The position numbers and the translations under genes are program-made. Below, piece after piece: positions 1-8,884 of a stretch of DNA of 44,406 bases (its first letter is position 1; each line of letters starts with the position of its first letter). The notes under the pieces are model-generated. The model did no database searches, was not told the DNA's origin, and saw only the letters and a program-made list of their open reading frames with translations. Source of the stretch: a virus; IMG/VR virus record IMGVR_UViG_3300010389_000002, one strand, 5' to 3'.

Positions 1-261
1 AGAGATCTTAGTACGAAGAGTATCGATCAAACGACCTTCATCAGAACCATTGATCTCCATAACAGTTGCTCCTAGTTCCTCACACAAAGCACGAGCAACG
101 GTTGTTTTACCAACTCCCGCAGAACCACAGAGCATAAGGTGAGGAATCTCACCCTGCTCAAGGAACGATTGAAAATGTGTTTTACTGGATTGAGGTAGAA
201 TGCAATCGCTAACCTGTTGAGGACGATACTCTTCTACCCACAAAAAATTCTTTTTCTTCAT
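1..261 (-). CDS. g44: Clamp loader large subunit (T4 gp44-like), truncated at window edge
   Basis: Manual translation MKKKNFLWVEEYRPQQVSDCILP...LMLCGSAGVGKTT...EINGSDEG shows the RFC-type W-x-E-x-YRP motif and Walker A. The ATG overlaps the g45 stop (ATGA). Confidence 0.93.
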   Translation of the reverse strand, partial: MKKKNFLWVEEYRPQQVSDCILPQSSKTHFQSFLEQGEIPHLMLCGSAGVGKTTVARALCEELGATVMEINGSDEGRLIDTLRTKIS

Positions 262-947
262 TCGTTATCAGGTTCAACAGCAATATAATATACAAGGTCA
301 AGAGTGGTATGCTTCCAACGAGTAATCACACCGTCAGTAATTGAAACATCATAGTCACCAGGCATAGGACGAATGTTTTCAATTGCCATATTCACACTGG
401 TCTTTGCCGACGAAGATCCAGAAAGACTGAGACTGTAAGTATTGTTAGTCTCATTCTCAGGATCAAATGCCGTAAGAATTATTCCCTCATCATCAGACTC
501 AATCCGGAGATTAGTCAGCTGATAGATACCAGATGCTTTGTAGATAGAAGAAAGATCAGAAGAAGTAATCCGGAATTCCATCACAACATCTTCTTCGGGA
601 AAACGAACACGTTGACCTGGGGAAGCTTCTTCTACGATAGCAGGATCCGAGAAGAAATACTTAGCGCTACGCTTACCAGTTTGACTACGAATCTTTACAA
701 ACTCATCGTTAGCAAACTCCAAGGTAGGTGCTTTCTCGAATAACATCAGTCCATTGAGAAACTGAGACAGCTCATAGACAGCAAAGGTACGAGGGAATTT
801 TTCTTCACACTCATACTCAGCAATAATGTTTTGCCCAATGCTTCGGCTGTTGAGAAGGTTACCCTTCCGAACCATGATAGATTTGTTGACGTTTTCGAAG
901 TTCTTAAGAACCTCAATTGTTTGAGTAGTTACGTTCACAGTGCTCAT
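258..947 (-). CDS. g45: DNA polymerase sliding clamp (gp45)
   Basis: 229 aa with LKNFENVNKSI, FAVYELSQFL, PGDYDV and YYIAVE motifs typical of gp45. Lies upstream of g44. Confidence 0.93.
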   Translation of the reverse strand: MSTVNVTTQTIEVLKNFENVNKSIMVRKGNLLNSRSIGQNIIAEYECEEKFPRTFAVYELSQFLNGLMLFEKAPTLEFANDEFVKIRSQTGKRSAKYFFSDPAIVEEASPGQRVRFPEEDVVMEFRITSSDLSSIYKASGIYQLTNLRIESDDEGIILTAFDPENETNNTYSLSLSGSSSAKTSVNMAIENIRPMPGDYDVSITDGVITRWKHTTLDLVYYIAVEPDNE

Positions 948-1258
948 TGATTATAGGTATCAAAGTTAGAGGATTTGTAGTGTCCATCGAAATGGAGTAG
1001 AAGCATAGCATAGTGGATAACCTTTAGCAAGTCACGTTTGTTCTTGCCATCCTTATCGCCGTAGCGACTGCCATACTTCAAGATGTTTGCTTGGCAGAAA
1101 CCAGAAGCTAAATCTTTTGCTGCCATCAAATCAATAGTTTGTACACCCTTAAACTCATGCTCATCAGATGCATAGTGACCACGATAAGTGCCGCTCACAT
1201 ATTCACGAATGTCTTTGAGGATTTCTTCCTCGTCATATTTCCACTGGTGTTCCATCAA
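944..1258 (-). CDS. Conserved phage protein, DUF3310/SaV-like
   Basis: HY...QTIDL...FCQANILKYGSRYGDK...DLLKVIHY pattern. ATGA overlaps at both ends. Confidence 0.7.
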   Translation of the reverse strand: MMEHQWKYDEEEILKDIREYVSGTYRGHYASDEHEFKGVQTIDLMAAKDLASGFCQANILKYGSRYGDKDGKNKRDLLKVIHYAMLLLHFDGHYKSSNFDTYNQ

Positions 1259-1446
1259 GCCTCCATAATCATAACTAGATCATCATGATAGCACTCTTTG
1301 ATAGTGCCGTCAAGATCTTGTACAAACAAAGTGAACTTATGTCCCCCTTTAATCTTCACGATTTCACCGGACTTAAGACGTGCCAGAGCTCCCACCCATC
1401 CATGAAACTCTTCACGAAGGTTGGATTGGGTATCTGTATGTGCCAT
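1255..1446 (-). CDS. Hypothetical protein (small beta-rich, possibly SH3/KOW-like)
   Basis: ORF track 1255..1491. A start at 1446 (MAHTDTQ) is preferred because another ORF occupies 1412-1588. Confidence 0.6.
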   Translation of the reverse strand: MAHTDTQSNLREEFHGWVGALARLKSGEIVKIKGGHKFTLFVQDLDGTIKECYHDDLVMIMEA

Positions 1447-1588
1447 AGTTGCCAATGTAGTAAAGGAACTTGTTGATGTTTGGTTCTTCATTTAAAAGAG
1501 ATCGGATACATTCTTGGTAGCTCTCCCAGTCTTCTTGAACGTCGTGTCCAAGAGTAATGGACACGACGGTTGGTTGTCTTTCAGTCAT
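1412..1588 (-). CDS. Small hypothetical protein (58 aa), not in ORF track
   Basis: MTERQPTVVSITLGHDVQEDWESYQECIRSLLNEEPNINKFLYYIGNYGTYRYPIQPS*. The start overlaps the end of cobS and the ORF fills an otherwise empty gap. Confidence 0.6.
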   Translation of the reverse strand: MTERQPTVVSITLGHDVQEDWESYQECIRSLLNEEPNINKFLYYIGNYGTYRYPIQPS

Positions 1589-2666
1589 TCACCACCTCAG
1601 GAAAGTTCTCGTTACGAATCTCTTGGATAACATCAACATCCAGTTTGGTGTAAAGATCCCAGAACACTTCCTTCACCTCATCATCGAAACGATTAATACA
1701 GGACTTGATTGCTTTCTCTTTCTTACCAAAGATGCTGAAAGCACGGATGATATGGACAAGGCGACGAGTAGAAATTACTTCATCAATGCCACCATCCTTG
1801 AAAGTCTTACGGATAATGTCTGCCCAATCAACCAAAGACTTACAGAACTCACGATCTTCGATGCCAAGATCCAGAGCGATACCCTCAACAATCTTTAGTT
1901 CAGTAGAAGCAGTAGGATAGTCTTGCTCGATAGTGAGAGCAAAGCGCTCAAGGAAAGCTTCGTTGAGAACATTGGTGCCGATGAAGCGTCCGTCATCAGA
2001 ACCCTTGCCCTTAGTGTTGGCAGTAGCGATCACATTGAAACCAGCAGCAGGTTGGATATACTGACCGGTCTTCTTTAGGAAGATTCCTTTACCTTCAAGG
2101 ATGGACTGGAGACAAAGAATCTTATTAGATGCAAGGTCCACTTCATCCAGAAGCAGGATTGCCCCACGGCGGAGGGCTTCGATGACAGGACCGTCATGCC
2201 ATGCCGTCTCGCCATTAACAAGGCGGAACCCACCAATAAGGTCGTCTTCATCGGTTTCAATGGTAATGTTTACACGAATGAGTTCACGGTTGAGAGCAGC
2301 ACAAGCTTGCTCAACACCGAAGGTCTTACCATTACCAGACATACCAGTAATGAAGGTAGGATAAAAAATACGTGATTGAATGATCTTCTTGAGATCAGTA
2401 TAGTTACCAAAAGGAACAAAGGTCTGATCTTTCTCAGGAACCAGAGAACGAGTGATAGAAGCGAACGATTGTTCCATTTGTTCCCGTGCTTCGGAAACAG
2501 TCAAGTTCCACTTACCACGACTAGTCTTGTATTGCTCAAGTTTCTTGGTCACGGTCTGATAGCTGGTGTTGTTCATAGCACACCAACCCTTGACATCAGC
2601 AGAGGAAATGTCAGTGCCGTAGAGTTCGGTTAGAGAGGTCAGAATGTAGTTAGCAGAGAGTGCCAT
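1581..2666 (-). CDS. cobS: CobS-like / MoxR-type AAA+ ATPase
   Basis: Walker A GMSGNGKT, Walker B LLLDE, IATANTKG and LNEAFLERF match the cyanophage 'cobS' family. Confidence 0.88.
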   Translation of the reverse strand: MALSANYILTSLTELYGTDISSADVKGWCAMNNTSYQTVTKKLEQYKTSRGKWNLTVSEAREQMEQSFASITRSLVPEKDQTFVPFGNYTDLKKIIQSRIFYPTFITGMSGNGKTFGVEQACAALNRELIRVNITIETDEDDLIGGFRLVNGETAWHDGPVIEALRRGAILLLDEVDLASNKILCLQSILEGKGIFLKKTGQYIQPAAGFNVIATANTKGKGSDDGRFIGTNVLNEAFLERFALTIEQDYPTASTELKIVEGIALDLGIEDREFCKSLVDWADIIRKTFKDGGIDEVISTRRLVHIIRAFSIFGKKEKAIKSCINRFDDEVKEVFWDLYTKLDVDVIQEIRNENFPEVVND

Positions 2667-2680
2667 GGGTGTTTGTTGTT

Positions 2681-2734
2681 GATGTAGTTAGTATAGGGCA
2701 GGATGATCGGATTTTTTCCGATGATGGTCCAGTT
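2681..2734 (-). promoter_or_regulatory. Early-type promoter with internal hairpin upstream of cobS
   Basis: Minus strand: AACTGGAC..ATCGGA-AAAAA-TCCGAT..TATACT-AA-CTACATC. The -10 box lies 23 nt before the ATG. Confidence 0.65.
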
Positions 2735-2736
2735 TT

Positions 2737-4860
2737 TCAGCTGACCACCGAAGCAAAGGAAGACAAGATTTTTTTGTTCGTTGTCTTAGATTTTAGCATA
2801 GTTTTAAATGCTCTGGTAATTTGTGCTTTGGAAGCCTCACTTTCCACCTCAAAGTCATTATTAGAAGAGAGACTACTGTTAGCCATGTAATAGATGGAAT
2901 CATAACCAACGTTGTTGAACTCCCATGATTTTTCTTTCCTCCACTTCTTCATGATGTTATCAGGAACATATTGACCAGATGTAGCATAGCGACGGAAGGC
3001 AGAAGTAAAATCACCAGTGGTGCCAATACGGAATCCAACCAAGTTAACTTCAGGAAAATTGTCTTTGAGGTTTTGAATTAGTGCTTGAGTAGCACCGAAG
3101 TAGTTATCCGAGATAGCGTAAGTTTTACCAAGTTTACGATCACGTAGTTGATTGCCATCATCAAGAGTTCGAACACCAAAGTATTCGCTATTAGTACGCT
3201 CAACTTTCACACTATACTGACAACCAGCAGATTCACCATCAGTCAAGATGCATACTGTAGTTTTCTGAGAACCGGTCTTCTTATTGAAATAAGGAATAAT
3301 TTCATGAAGAGTGAGAATAGCATCGTTCAAAGGAGTACCACTCAGATCACAACCGACAGGTACAGTGTACTTGTCATAGAAATATCTAGGACTAAAGTAG
3401 TAAGCAAAACGGTAGAGATTAAGAATAGCTTTCTCAAAATCTTTGGGGTTAGCAGAAGAAGAAACAAAGTTGAGCAGACTGGTTCGCTGGTGAATACCAA
3501 GTTTCAAGTGCTCACGAACACTTTTTTCTTTAGTGTATTCATACTCAGGATTAATCAAACAGTTATTCCACTCATAGGTAAAGGCATACAGTTCAAAAGG
3601 AATCTGAACCTTACGGCAGAACCACATAAGATTAATCAGCTGCTTAACGGTAGATTCAATAATCTGAGTCATAGAACCAGACCAGTCAAGAATAAAAATC
3701 ATACCGTGGTTCTTACCGTCAGGCAGAACAGTCACTTTCTTGAACAGGTCATCATTGTACTTATAAGTATGTAGCTTCGAAGTATCAAGAACACCAGTCT
3801 TAGATGTTGCTGCCCTTGCATAAGCATCAGCAGACTTCTTACACTCAAACTCTTTTACCAAATAGTTTACTTCCTTCTGAGCATTTGATTTAAACTGACG
3901 GAACTCCTCATCAGCATTTTGAAAGATGTCATCTCCACGAGATTCTACATTCTGTTTCCAGCAGGATTCAATATAGTTGTGTAAGTCATTGAAAGAAACA
4001 ATGATCTCATCAATATTATTTTTCCCACGTTCTACATACTCGGAACCATTAGACCAAGAAGTTTTATTATTGAGTCTCTCAGCATTTTGATCAAATGCTT
4101 TCTGAGTTTCAGAACGTTCTTCACCAGGACCAGAAGCACTTCCACCCCCTTGCCGAGATTGATTGCCAACGGGAGCATCCTCATTGGCATTACTTTCTTC
4201 GTTGGCATTTCCGTTGGTATTCTCACCTTGTTCCTGAGAGGGAACATTCTGGGTTGTGTCACCACCGCTGCCAGTGGATTGTTCCTGAGCGGGAGCATCA
4301 TCAACCTTCTCTTCTTTCTTCCGTTTGATGAAATCATCCAGCAAACGAACAATAACAGTAACGTCAGCAAAAGTTTCTGCTTCTTCGATCATAAAGAGAA
4401 AGTGCTTCTCGTCATCTTGAAAAGGAACGAGAGCAAAAGCACCAATCTTAAAGTGAAGGTTAAGACGGTCAAGCAAACTCATCTCTCTAATATCCTTGTC
4501 TTTAATATCAAAGAAATCTACTTCATTAAGCTCAGTATATCCTTTGAAGAAATCCCGAGCGAGACCAGGATAACGACGCTTGATCATCTTCTCAATTCGA
4601 GCATCCTCAACCACGTTGTAGTAATCCATGGGAATACTACTGTCCCACTGATCACGGTCTGCTGGAGTGTAGAGAGCGTGACCGACTTCATGTCCTACCA
4701 ACAGATCGTAGACGGTCTCACTTGCTTTATCCCACAGAGGCAGAGTGAGTACCCGAGTGTCTACGTTAAAAGAAGCTGTGCTGACCTTACGGTTCTCAAC
4801 CACAAGGTTCTCGGTGGCAAGCAGGCGGGCGAGGTTGCCCTTAATCTCTTGGTTATACAT
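2737..4860 (-). CDS. Metallopeptidase-like (HExxH) N-terminal domain plus C-terminal vWA/MIDAS domain (CobT-like partner of the AAA+ ATPase)
   Basis: HEVGH...NVVEDARIE, then a low-complexity linker, then MIDAS residues LDWSGS, GTPL and ILTDGES. Confidence 0.85.
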   Translation of the reverse strand: MYNQEIKGNLARLLATENLVVENRKVSTASFNVDTRVLTLPLWDKASETVYDLLVGHEVGHALYTPADRDQWDSSIPMDYYNVVEDARIEKMIKRRYPGLARDFFKGYTELNEVDFFDIKDKDIREMSLLDRLNLHFKIGAFALVPFQDDEKHFLFMIEEAETFADVTVIVRLLDDFIKRKKEEKVDDAPAQEQSTGSGGDTTQNVPSQEQGENTNGNANEESNANEDAPVGNQSRQGGGSASGPGEERSETQKAFDQNAERLNNKTSWSNGSEYVERGKNNIDEIIVSFNDLHNYIESCWKQNVESRGDDIFQNADEEFRQFKSNAQKEVNYLVKEFECKKSADAYARAATSKTGVLDTSKLHTYKYNDDLFKKVTVLPDGKNHGMIFILDWSGSMTQIIESTVKQLINLMWFCRKVQIPFELYAFTYEWNNCLINPEYEYTKEKSVREHLKLGIHQRTSLLNFVSSSANPKDFEKAILNLYRFAYYFSPRYFYDKYTVPVGCDLSGTPLNDAILTLHEIIPYFNKKTGSQKTTVCILTDGESAGCQYSVKVERTNSEYFGVRTLDDGNQLRDRKLGKTYAISDNYFGATQALIQNLKDNFPEVNLVGFRIGTTGDFTSAFRRYATSGQYVPDNIMKKWRKEKSWEFNNVGYDSIYYMANSSLSSNNDFEVESEASKAQITRAFKTMLKSKTTNKKILSSFASVVS

Positions 4861-5029
4861 GGGTTGTTTCGCTGATGTAGATACTATAAGACCCCCGACG
4901 CTTGCCGGAGGTCTTAAGGTGACAGTTCTTCAAGTGTCTGAGGGCTTGCTTCCTTGCTTTGAGTCTCCCCTTACAAGTGCCCTTACCGTTCTTGTCTTTA
5001 CCAGAGTTGTGTTGCCAGTTGGGTGTCAT
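4853..5029 (-). CDS. Small basic hypothetical protein (58 aa)
   Basis: MTPNWQHNSGKDKNGKGTCKGRLKARKQALRHLKN..., with AGGA upstream of ATG 5029. The 3' half overlaps the promoter hairpin. Confidence 0.55.
   Translation of the reverse strand: MTPNWQHNSGKDKNGKGTCKGRLKARKQALRHLKNCHLKTSGKRRGSYSIYISETTHV
4874..4927 (-). promoter_or_regulatory. Early-type promoter with internal hairpin upstream of the vWA gene
   Basis: Minus strand: AACTGTCAC-CT-TAAGACCTCCGGC-AAGC-GTCGGGGGTCTTA, with TATAGT-AT-CTACATC overlapping the end of the stem. Same spacing as the 2681-2734 element. Confidence 0.65.
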
Positions 5030-5052
5030 TGTCCTGTGTATGCTACACAGTA

Positions 5053-5081
5053 TGTATACCACAAAATCAGGTCGCTGTCAA
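5053..5081 (-). promoter_or_regulatory. sigma70-like promoter
   Basis: TTGACA-N17-TATACA with a TG extension, overlapping the g46 3' end. The -10 box lacks the final conserved T. Confidence 0.5.
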
Positions 5082-6782
5082 CACACTGTAGTTCTTTACT
5101 TTCTCAAACGTATATGTCTTATCAAACTTATCGTTCATAGACTCACGGTGACTGATAACAAAGACGTTAGTTTTATCGTCAAAGTTTCTCAGAATCCAAC
5201 CGAGTTCACTACCACCTTGCTGGTCAAGAGACCCATCAAAGATTTCATCTAAGATAAGGAGATTAGTATCCACGCTATTCTTGAGCTTAGCAACAGAGCG
5301 CCAAGTAAGCAGAAGAGCGATATCGATACGAGCTTTCTCTCCTTCGCTGAAGGATTCGTAAGAAAAGACATCCCTGAATCTTGATTTGATGGTTTCTTCA
5401 AAGTTCTCGTCCAAACTAAAGTCAACATAGAAGTCCATGTTCTGAAGATATTGAGCAATAAGTTTGTTCATCACAGGCAAATACTTCTTGATGATACGTG
5501 ATTTAATACCACTATCTTTAAGAAGCTGTGATGCTGTGAGTAAACAATCCATCTCTTCTTTAGAACTGACATACTCTTTCTCCATATTCTGGAGTTGAGA
5601 GTTGAAGTAGTTTAGCGTCTCAGATGCCTCATTTGTCTCCGTCTTAAGATTTCTTAAAGATTTCAGTTCGGATTCAATCTGAGTGATCTCTGCCTTATTG
5701 TGATCTTCAGACTTATGATTAACAGCAAGATCTGTAGTGAGTTCACTTATCTTGTCTGTGAGAGCAAACATATGTTTCTCTCTTTCTTCATATCGTAATA
5801 CTTCTTTCTGGACTTCAATCATCTCTGCCTTAAGATCATTGACAGAAGAAATAATACTAGAGAGTTTTTCCTTCTTAATATTCTCAGATATTTCCTGGGA
5901 ACATGTAGGACATGAAGTATTGTCAGTAAAGAAGTTATGTTGATCCTTATACTGAGAAACTTTTAGTTCAATGTTTCCCTTCTGCTTGAGAACTTTTACT
6001 CTCTCATTTTTATCCTTAGAATACACAGCAATACTTTTGTTAACATCTTCAAGATTCATTAACAGAGCAGCTGTTTTGTTCTTGAGATCAATCTTTTCTT
6101 TTTCTAGAAAGTCAAGCTTCTCTTCTTTGCCTTTGATATCAGTCTCGTTTCTACGTTCAATATCGTTGATATACTTTTCTTGTAGATCTTTCTTCTCTTT
6201 CAAGATGTCGATCTGATAATCTAGATTACGAATCTCACTGTTACCGATCTTGATTTTTTCCTTGAGGTTTTGATTCATCACAGAAAAGATCTGGATGTCA
6301 AGGATGTCTTCGATGATCTCACGACGAGATGCAACAGGCAACCTCATAAAAGGAACAAAGGTACTGCTGCCCAGCACAACAATCTGAGTGAAAGATTTAT
6401 AGTTCATTTTGAGCACGTTCTGCTCAAAATTCTTCTGCTGATCTACAACCGTAGACTCTTGATTCCAAAGGTTACCGTTGTGATAGATCTCAAACTTAGC
6501 TGGTTTGATACCCCTAACCACTTTGTACTGATCTTTACCAATACAAAATTCAATCTCCACAAGACAATCTTTTTCATTGATACTATTAACAAGCATAGGC
6601 TTGTTAATTTTACGAAAAGGTTTTCCGAACAACGAAAAGGTAAGAGCATCCAGAATAGTGCTTTTACCAGCTCCGTTCTTACCCACAATAAGATTGGTCT
6701 TATCATTATTTAGAGAAACCTCTGTAAAAACATTTCCCGTAGAAAGAAAGTTCTTCCAGCGAATCTTTTCAAATATGATCAT
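5067..6782 (-). CDS. g46: Recombination endonuclease ATPase subunit gp46 (Rad50/SbcC)
   Basis: Walker A GKNGAGKST, CPTC zinc hook, FSEGE signature, LILDE Walker B and ISH. Confidence 0.96.
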   Translation of the reverse strand: MIIFEKIRWKNFLSTGNVFTEVSLNNDKTNLIVGKNGAGKSTILDALTFSLFGKPFRKINKPMLVNSINEKDCLVEIEFCIGKDQYKVVRGIKPAKFEIYHNGNLWNQESTVVDQQKNFEQNVLKMNYKSFTQIVVLGSSTFVPFMRLPVASRREIIEDILDIQIFSVMNQNLKEKIKIGNSEIRNLDYQIDILKEKKDLQEKYINDIERRNETDIKGKEEKLDFLEKEKIDLKNKTAALLMNLEDVNKSIAVYSKDKNERVKVLKQKGNIELKVSQYKDQHNFFTDNTSCPTCSQEISENIKKEKLSSIISSVNDLKAEMIEVQKEVLRYEEREKHMFALTDKISELTTDLAVNHKSEDHNKAEITQIESELKSLRNLKTETNEASETLNYFNSQLQNMEKEYVSSKEEMDCLLTASQLLKDSGIKSRIIKKYLPVMNKLIAQYLQNMDFYVDFSLDENFEETIKSRFRDVFSYESFSEGEKARIDIALLLTWRSVAKLKNSVDTNLLILDEIFDGSLDQQGGSELGWILRNFDDKTNVFVISHRESMNDKFDKTYTFEKVKNYSVLTAT

Positions 6783-7042
6783 GTTAAATCTTCCGGTGGT
6801 ATCAACAGGGTATCACCCGTTATTATAGCATACTTCTGATCTCTGTCTTCACAGGCACCCAGAATGACATCAGCCTCAATCTCATAGACCTGCATCTCAG
6901 GGTAGTCTGGAATATCTTCAATCATCAAATAATATCTCTCAGCATCATCTTCGTTCTCAAACAGAGGAATGATGTGATCCCCAAAATCATCTAGGACGGA
7001 GAACACACCTTCTGGTTTATCTTTGAGAGTGAGGATATACAT
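6779..7042 (-). CDS. Hypothetical protein, DUF3110-like
   Basis: EGVFSV...LFENEDDAERY resembles the cyanobacterial DUF3110 core. Translationally coupled between g47 and g46. Confidence 0.6.
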   Translation of the reverse strand: MYILTLKDKPEGVFSVLDDFGDHIIPLFENEDDAERYYLMIEDIPDYPEMQVYEIEADVILGACEDRDQKYAIITGDTLLIPPEDLT

Positions 7043-8076
7043 TAGATAACTTCACAGCTTTCAATATATAGGGTGTTTAATAAGTTTTTTAATTTTTGTT
7101 TGTCTACTGTTAGCTCGACTTCATCAACGTATTCACTGAGAAGTGTCATAGTATCTTTAATCTCAATGTCTTCATCAACACCTTCATCTGATCCGACAAG
7201 ACTTTCAATGATCTTAATTTCATGAACACCAGTGTCATACAGTTTGTCAATTACTTTTTCAAACTGTAGGTAGTCTTTCTTCTCTTCTACAATGACTTTG
7301 ACAAAACAGTCTTTGTATAGATCGTAATCGATTTCTTGATGCTCTGTATCGTTGTAGTAAAGCTTCTGGAAAATCTCATATGGATTGTTGATAGGAGTGA
7401 GACGATTGGTCTCGGTATCGTAGATATGAAAACCACGAGTGTCCTTGTAATCATTCCAGAACATTTGATATGGGTTACCAAGATACTGGATGTTACCTTT
7501 CTTAGAACGATGATGGAAATGACCCGACCATACACGATCAAATTTTTTGAATGGTGCTGGATCCATACCATGATCCATTCTCATCCCAGGTGTCACCTCA
7601 AATCCCGTGAGTTCAAGATGTCCACATACAATGTCTGCGTCACTGTCTTCAATCGTTCGAAGAATTTCCTCTTTATTCTCGCTATTGATCCAAGGGAGCA
7701 TGAGGAATTGTTTGCTTCCAAGTCTGATGTGTTCTGGTCTGGAGTAGATTCTGATGTTTTCATATTGCTCTAACAGTAACTCGGGTGAATTAATCCTATT
7801 AGTATTTTTATAATAAGTACAATGATTACCGATAAGCATATGCACTTTGTAATCTTTTAGTTTATCAAAGTAGTTTACCTTAGCACGTTGAAACGTATTG
7901 AAGTCCATTGACTTACGATTGTCAAAGGTATCTCCTAAATCAATAATAGTTTCTACTCCATGTTTTTTTAGAGTAGGAAAGAACACGTTGTCATAAAACT
8001 TCTGCCAGAAATTCCAGAAGGCAAGAGATCCTTTCCTACCGTCAAGATGCTGATCTGTGATTAAAGCGATCTTCAT
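7042..8076 (-). CDS. g47: Recombination endonuclease subunit gp47 (Mre11/SbcD)
   Basis: Metallophosphoesterase motifs DQH, GDTFD, GNH, GH and GHFH. Confidence 0.96.
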   Translation of the reverse strand: MKIALITDQHLDGRKGSLAFWNFWQKFYDNVFFPTLKKHGVETIIDLGDTFDNRKSMDFNTFQRAKVNYFDKLKDYKVHMLIGNHCTYYKNTNRINSPELLLEQYENIRIYSRPEHIRLGSKQFLMLPWINSENKEEILRTIEDSDADIVCGHLELTGFEVTPGMRMDHGMDPAPFKKFDRVWSGHFHHRSKKGNIQYLGNPYQMFWNDYKDTRGFHIYDTETNRLTPINNPYEIFQKLYYNDTEHQEIDYDLYKDCFVKVIVEEKKDYLQFEKVIDKLYDTGVHEIKIIESLVGSDEGVDEDIEIKDTMTLLSEYVDEVELTVDKQKLKNLLNTLYIESCEVI

Positions 8077-8303
8077 AGTTTACCTCCAACAAATCCATCG
8101 TTAAGAACACGGCTTTCTTCCCATCCTTCCTGTAATCCTTTTAGATAAAATCTAGTCATACGAATACATACATCTTTTGATAGTGCTGTGACTAACTCTT
8201 TACCTTTTTTGTCAGCACTGTGCCAAATTTTAAATTTAGTTTCATAGACATGAAAGGCATCATCAATCCAATCTACTTCAGCAATTTCTGGATGTTCATT
8301 CAT
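8073..8303 (-). CDS. Hypothetical protein (76 aa)
   Basis: ATGA overlaps with g55 and g47. Ends in the GFVGGKL tail seen in cyanophage small proteins. Confidence 0.7.
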   Translation of the reverse strand: MNEHPEIAEVDWIDDAFHVYETKFKIWHSADKKGKELVTALSKDVCIRMTRFYLKGLQEGWEESRVLNDGFVGGKL

Positions 8304-8791
8304 CGGTTCATCTTTGTCTCAATGTTTTCTTTAATGCTACCCATCTCAGAATAAGAAGCATTCATGCCTGCCATATCACCATCGTATGTATCTGTATGCA
8401 TAACGTGTTCGTATCCAGAACGCTCAAGAACTTTGTTCTTAATTTCTTGCTGTTTGTTTTCTTTTTGAATACGGCGAAGAAAAGCGTAGTAAATAATTTG
8501 AGTGAAGTAAGCAAACGGGTTCTTTGATTTCTCGGGATTAAAGTTATTAATATACTGTACACAGTTTTCAATACCGTCCGAGATCATGTCATCTCGATAA
8601 GTATAGTTTACAAAATTTGGTTTAAAGGATAACCTATTTGCAATTTTTAAAAAACACTCACCGATGTAGCGAGGAATGACAGGACGAGTTTTACCCTCTG
8701 CTTCTGCTTTCTCACACTTTTTCTTGTATACAATAAGAGCTTCTAAAAAGTCCTGATTATTTACATAGTGTTCTGGATTTTTCTTGGTCAT
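8300..8791 (-). CDS. g55: Late-transcription sigma factor gp55
   Basis: HYVNN..FL, YIGECFLKIA, PNFVNYTYRDDMISDGIENC and NPFAYFTQIIYYAFLRRI. Confidence 0.96.
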   Translation of the reverse strand: MTKKNPEHYVNNQDFLEALIVYKKKCEKAEAEGKTRPVIPRYIGECFLKIANRLSFKPNFVNYTYRDDMISDGIENCVQYINNFNPEKSKNPFAYFTQIIYYAFLRRIQKENKQQEIKNKVLERSGYEHVMHTDTYDGDMAGMNASYSEMGSIKENIETKMNR

Positions 8792-8820
8792 ACATACGGT
8801 GTTTGCTTATCATGACAAAC

Positions 8821-8849
8821 ATTATACATCTGTATCACGCCGTTGTCAA
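8821..8849 (-). promoter_or_regulatory. Perfect sigma70 promoter for g55
   Basis: TTGACA (8849-8844), N17, TATAAT (8826-8821). Confidence 0.88.
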
Positions 8850-8855
8850 GAGGGC

Positions 8856-8884
8856 TTGACAGAACCTCAGAAACTAAGTACAAT
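8856..8884 (+). promoter_or_regulatory. Divergent sigma70 promoter pointing antisense into the uvsW operon
   Basis: TTGACA (8856-8861), N17, TACAAT (8879-8884). Confidence 0.65.

Noticed and set aside
3148-4875. Long + strand ORFs (208 aa and 262 aa) and the other + strand ORFs in the track
   Set aside because: They are antisense shadows of clearly identified minus-strand genes and show no recognisable motifs.
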